Source: Candidatus Latescibacterota bacterium
GTDB lineage: Bacteria > Latescibacterota > UBA2968 > GCA-2709665
Reading direction: 5' to 3'
Length of the DNA stretch: 64,000 nucleotides
Assembly: GCA_965248435.1 (NCBI GenBank)
Contig: OZ252100.1
Location: 288,001 to 352,000, forward strand
In this document: positions 59,986 to 64,000 of the stretch, one piece after another
Position numbering within the stretch: position 1 is the first letter of the stretch
How the letters are laid out: every line of letters begins with the position of its first letter
Position numbers and translations under genes: made by a program
Notes under the pieces: generated by a model
The model's database searches: none
What the model was told of the DNA's origin: nothing
The model's input: only the letters and a program-made list of their open reading frames with translations

Positions 59986-60754
59986 TCAGTGAGTCGAATC
60001 ACAACCCGGTAATCACCGTAGGTGCGAATCTTGTCTTCGCCCGTATCCAATGGATCATCTATAACTGGCAGGGAACTCCTGATGCACCTCGGTGGGCGAT
60101 CACAAGGATCGCCCCTACGACGTCCGGGGCGGCATGGCGTGATGATGTTCCGCGATGGTATCAGCGAGTCGGATCACAACCCGGTAATCACCGTATGCGC
60201 GAATCTTGTCTTCGCCCGTATCCAATGGATCATCTATAACTGGCAGGGAACTCCTGATGCACCTCGGTGGGCGATCACAAGGATCGCCCCTACGACGTCC
60301 GGGGCGGCGTGGCGTGATGATGTTCTGCGATGGGATCAGTGAGTCGAATCACAACCCGGTAATCACCGTGTGGGCGAATCTTGTATTCGCCCGTATCCAA
60401 TGGATCATCTATAACTGGCAGGGAACTCCTGATGCACCTCGGTGGGCGATCACAAGGATCGCCCCTACGACGTCCGGGGCGGCGTGGCGTGATGATGTTC
60501 TGCGATGGGATCAGCGAATCGAATCACCACCGGGTAATCACCGTGTGGGCGAATCTTGTATTCGCCCGCATCCAATGGATCATCTGTAACTGGCAGGGAA
60601 CTCCTGATGCACCTCGGTGGGCGATCACAAGGATCGCCCCTACGACGTCCGAGGCGGCGTGGCGTGATGATGTTCCGCGATGGTATCAGCGAGTCGGATC
60701 ACAACCCGGTAATCACCGTATGCACGAATCTTGTATTCGCCCCTATCCAATGGA
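59985..60754. repeat. Tandem array of 175-bp REPIN-containing units (4 full plus 1 partial)
   Basis: Units start at 59985, 60160, 60335, 60510 and 60685. Each full unit has a GTAG-type left REP and GGGCGATCACAAGGATCGCCCCTAC. Confidence 0.9.
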
Positions 60755-60788
60755 CCGCACAGATGAATCACACAGAGAATCAAATAGA

Positions 60789-61358
60789 ATGTCTAAAGAG
60801 CGCAGATCTGTTCGGCTGAAGGGATATGACTACGCACAATGTGGCGCATATTTCCTGACAGTTTGCACACAACATCGCGAAACCCTGTTTGGCCTGATCG
60901 AGGACCGGGAAGTGCGATTGAACGCGGCGGGACGTATGGTCGAAGATGCGTGGGCGTGTCTACCGGACCGGTTCTCAAATTTGAGTTTGGATTCGTTCAC
61001 GGTGATGCCAAATCATATCCACGGTATTCTCTTGTTGACCGATGATTTGCCAGATGACGGTGATTCACTTTACACGGGCGATCACAAGGATCGCCCCTAC
61101 GAGGTGATTTCGATGGGGACAAAGGAAGGATCAGTAGGGCGAATAGTCCAGGCTTTCAAATCCATTTCGACCAATCAATACGGCGAGGGTGTAAGAATCC
61201 ATGACTGGCCTACATTTCCGGGCAAATTGTGGCAACGGAATTACTACGAACACGTCGTCCGCGACAAGGACGACCTCAATAGACTTCGCGAGTACATATC
61301 ACAAAACCCGGAGCACTGGGAAGACGACGAAAACAATCCCACGTATTCTGGGACGTGA
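60789..61358 (+). mobile_element. REP-associated tyrosine transposase (RAYT, Y1/HUH)
   Basis: RRSVRLKGYDY..GAYFLTVCT, MPNHIHG, LWQRNYYEHVVR, YI..NP. Confidence 0.9.
61076..61100 (+). repeat. REP copy inside the RAYT coding sequence
   Basis: GGGCGATCACAAGGATCGCCCCTAC is identical to the array REPs and encodes GDHKDRPY. Confidence 0.85.
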
Positions 61359-61399
61359 CTCTGGCGGCTGCATCGGTTTTTTGGTATCATATCTCCGAA

Positions 61400-62671
61400 A
61401 TGGACAACACGACACTATTTGACCCGGATTACGAAGCCCGAAAACGCCCCCTCCTATCCAAGCTGATCAAACACGTCCGCCCGATCTACACCGCGGAGGA
61501 GCTCGAGGTCCTGAGGATCGACCCAGTCAATCGTGGGATCCTCTCTCAACCTTCCGGCCGCGGCTTCGTCAACCGGGATATCCTGGAGACCGTCCTCGGA
61601 AACCTGCTCGAATGCGTTGCGCCGGGGTCTCACAATGCCCTGGACGTCCAGCAGAGAAACCTGGAAGACCTGATCGAAGAGATCGCAGACCAGCTCTACG
61701 CCATGATCGCGCAGTCCCTCCGCGCTGCCGGCGACAGCGGCGAAATCGGACAGCGCGCCCTGGAGTCGACCCTGGCGCTCCTTTGGGACCTCCCTCGGCT
61801 GAAAGAGCGCGCGCTGTGGAATCGGTTCGCTTCACTCAAGGACCCGGCCGTCTGGGATGCCTATGTGCTTGACAAGGGCGAATTGGATCACCGCACGTTC
61901 GCCGATCTGGATTTCTTTCCTGAAATCGAGCGCTCGATCGAAGATCGGGACTTCGATCACTACCGCGAATTCCTCCGTCAGGCCGACCTGGGATTCGCTT
62001 TTGCGTATCAGATGCAGCTCGTCACGAGCACCTATCCGGGTTGGCGTGTGCTTTTTTATCACGACATCGCCCACGCACTCACCCGGTCCGGCCCAGCCGA
62101 GACGGCTTCAGGCATCGCGCGGATGCCGGTCCCGCTCCTTCCCAGGGCCATCTCCGAGCTGGGCGGTCGATACTACCAGGCCGACCTCCACCCCGAGACG
62201 CGGATCGGAGACGCAAACTTCCTGGACCACCCACATCGCGGGATGACCACGGGTCAAACAGGCGCGATCGGCTCCGGGTGTGTCATCTATCCCTGCACGA
62301 TGGGCGGTCTGAGTGACAAGATCAAGGTGCGCCATCCGCAGATCGGGGATTATGTCCTGATCGGAACGGATACCAAGCTCCTCGGGCCGGTACAGGTCGG
62401 GGACCGTTCCACCGTCGGCACCGGGACCGAGATCTTCGGAAGAGTCAAAACAGGCTCGGGATGCCAGATCGCCTCACTGGTCGTGATCGGTACCGTGCTG
62501 GCCGGTTCAAAACCGCCGGGAGAGATTCGGCTGGAAGAGAACGTTCGCGTGGGCGACGGAACGATTATCGAAAACGTGACAGAGCACGATCTCGTCATAC
62601 CAAAAAACACGAAGATTCCGGCACGGAGTCACGTGGTGAATGACGGGTCGGGAAATCCGAAGTTTGTGTAG
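61400..62671 (+). CDS. Serine O-acetyltransferase-like left-handed beta-helix protein with a long N-terminus
   Basis: PLLPRAISE, DLHP..RIG..FLDH, RHPQIGD.VLIG..TKLLGPV.VG. Confidence 0.6.
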   Translation: MDNTTLFDPDYEARKRPLLSKLIKHVRPIYTAEELEVLRIDPVNRGILSQPSGRGFVNRDILETVLGNLLECVAPGSHNALDVQQRNLEDLIEEIADQLYAMIAQSLRAAGDSGEIGQRALESTLALLWDLPRLKERALWNRFASLKDPAVWDAYVLDKGELDHRTFADLDFFPEIERSIEDRDFDHYREFLRQADLGFAFAYQMQLVTSTYPGWRVLFYHDIAHALTRSGPAETASGIARMPVPLLPRAISELGGRYYQADLHPETRIGDANFLDHPHRGMTTGQTGAIGSGCVIYPCTMGGLSDKIKVRHPQIGDYVLIGTDTKLLGPVQVGDRSTVGTGTEIFGRVKTGSGCQIASLVVIGTVLAGSKPPGEIRLEENVRVGDGTIIENVTEHDLVIPKNTKIPARSHVVNDGSGNPKFV

Positions 62672-62698
62672 GCCCTCGCCTCGCCTCGCTGATCCCTG

Positions 62699-63155
62699 CC
62701 CCTCGATACAATCCCTCGCAACGCGGCCTAACGGCCGCTACTCGGGATCACTCGGGGATTCGGGTCTTTCTTTCTTAGCAAAGTATTTCTTAGCCGCTTC
62801 ACTAAGCGCCTCAAAGTCGTTCTTGATCAGAGCCTGTTTCTTTTTGCGGTTCCATCGCTTGATCTGCACTTCCGCCCCCTTTGCCTCTTCCCGAAATCCG
62901 AATTCCTGAAACCAAACGAGGCGGACAGGTCTCCTTGAGGAAGTGTAGACACACTTGATTCCTCGGTCGTGCTCTGCAATTCGCCTTGTGAGATCTTCTG
63001 TATGTCCTGTGTAATAGGATCCATCAGCACATTCCAGGATGTAGGCATAAAAATTCACGTCTCTTACCTACCTAGTAACCAATACACCAAGCCCCCGAAT
63101 CCCCGAGTGCGGCGCTTCTGGGCACTTTTTGATCGCAGCGCCGTGTATCGAGGGG
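62699..63155. repeat. Bipartite inverted repeats bracketing the second GIY-YIG gene
   Basis: CCCCTCGATACA..CACTCGGGGATTCGGG (62699-62764) pairs with CCCGAATCCCCGAGTG..TGTATCGAGGGG (63094-63155). Confidence 0.75.
62738..63058 (-). CDS. GIY-YIG nuclease (UPF0213 type)
   Basis: FYAYILECADGSYYTGHT.DL.RR..EH, YT..RRPV.LV, E.QIK.W.RKKK.ALI. Confidence 0.9.
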   Translation of the reverse strand: MNFYAYILECADGSYYTGHTEDLTRRIAEHDRGIKCVYTSSRRPVRLVWFQEFGFREEAKGAEVQIKRWNRKKKQALIKNDFEALSEAAKKYFAKKERPESPSDPE

Positions 63156-63168
63156 TCGGGCTAGGGAT

Positions 63169-64000
63169 TTATTCGAACGGCAGCACGTCAGAGGGCACAT
63201 CCGACGCACAAAATGATATGACGCGATCTTGAATCGAGGGTGCGTTCAACTCACGATAGTAGACAAACAGATACTCGTTCATATACCCCGCCCACTTCCC
63301 ACCTCGCGCCTCCGCCCACGCACAAACCTTCGCATCGCTTCCCTGAATCCCGTACCAATCCCGCGCCATCTTTTTCACCCACGTGTCCACCGGCACGGCA
63401 TCCAACCGGTCCAGCGAAAAGAGAACGATGCACTTGTGCACCTTGAGCCCCACGCCCGTGCCCGCCAGTTCCTCCAACCCGTCGACGATCGCGCGCCACG
63501 ATTCCATGTCCACGGCCGCCGCATCCCCGGATCCCTCCAACTGCTCCGTGACGAATCGCGCGGAATTGGCCACAGGCTCTGACCGCCAGCCGAACTTGTG
63601 GTGCCTGAAGTAGCGGCCGTTCAAACCAGCCAGCACGCCGGTTTCAGGAAACTGCCGATACCGCACACCCATAAAGTCGATCCCCCGGCCCAGGATCCGG
63701 GCCAGGAAATTGATTCGCCGTTTGGTAAGGGACATGTGCGCCTGTACGGAGAGCACGTAAGAGATCACACATTCGAACGGCTCCTGCCGGGCGAAGCGAA
63801 ACCCCTTCAATCGGTCCCGCGCACGGCGAAGGTGACGGTCCGCTCTGGGCACACGCAGTATCGGGGGTTCGTCCAGTCGTAGATACCATCTGAGAAACGT
63901 TCCCACCTGCATCCGCCCCGCATAGGTCCCGACCGTCCGCGCGGAGGCACGAAACCGGACCCGTTCTCCATCCTGCCTCAGATGAAAGGCGGTCCCGTAG
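63169..64000 (-). CDS. 8-oxoguanine DNA glycosylase-like HhH-GPD protein, 5' end beyond the window
   Basis: RQEPFECVISY, GVGLKV..C..LF, VPVDTWV, WAGY. The frame is open to the window edge. Confidence 0.75.
   Translation of the reverse strand, partial: YGTAFHLRQDGERVRFRASARTVGTYAGRMQVGTFLRWYLRLDEPPILRVPRADRHLRRARDRLKGFRFARQEPFECVISYVLSVQAHMSLTKRRINFLARILGRGIDFMGVRYRQFPETGVLAGLNGRYFRHHKFGWRSEPVANSARFVTEQLEGSGDAAAVDMESWRAIVDGLEELAGTGVGLKVHKCIVLFSLDRLDAVPVDTWVKKMARDWYGIQGSDAKVCAWAEARGGKWAGYMNEYLFVYYRELNAPSIQDRVISFCASDVPSDVLPFE

Noticed and set aside
59985-60754. CRISPR array
   Set aside because: The sequence between palindromes is near-identical rather than unique spacers, there are no cas genes, and the adjacent RAYT explains it.
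59973-60819. Repeat-derived ORFs and the N-terminal extension of the 325-aa ORF
   Set aside because: The 175-bp unit is not a multiple of 3, so the same peptides recur in shifting frames. RAYT homology begins at ATG 60789.

Overview
GC-rich bacterial chromosomal segment. Secreted proteins with EF-hand/dockerin-like tags suggest a Latescibacterota/FCB-PVC-type lineage (inference only). It contains: (i) a heavy-metal island at 7.9-13.8 kb with arsC and a MerR-controlled mer-like transport operon that has a 19-bp-spacer promoter but no merA; (ii) an arsenic-methylation-type cluster (radical SAM, PiT transporter, arsM, octaheme cytochrome c), with msrP, DUF547, TVP38 and a flavin disulfide reductase upstream; (iii) three secreted dockerin-like-tagged proteins, one also carrying a cohesin-like domain; (iv) two probable selenoprotein genes that the ORF track splits or misses (DUF3179 with UxxC, and a MerT-like protein with CU), each followed by a SECIS-like hairpin; (v) an unannotated 11-codon ORF with its own promoter, RBS and terminator upstream of a paired ABC exporter plus DUF1854; (vi) a double-length UvrA coupled to an orphan m6A methyltransferase; (vii) at 55.8-63.2 kb, a RAYT transposase with a 175-bp tandem REPIN array and two small GIY-YIG nucleases, each with its own bipartite palindromic repeat family. 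No rRNA, tRNA or CRISPR was seen. Product calls come from motif recognition by eye, not database searches.
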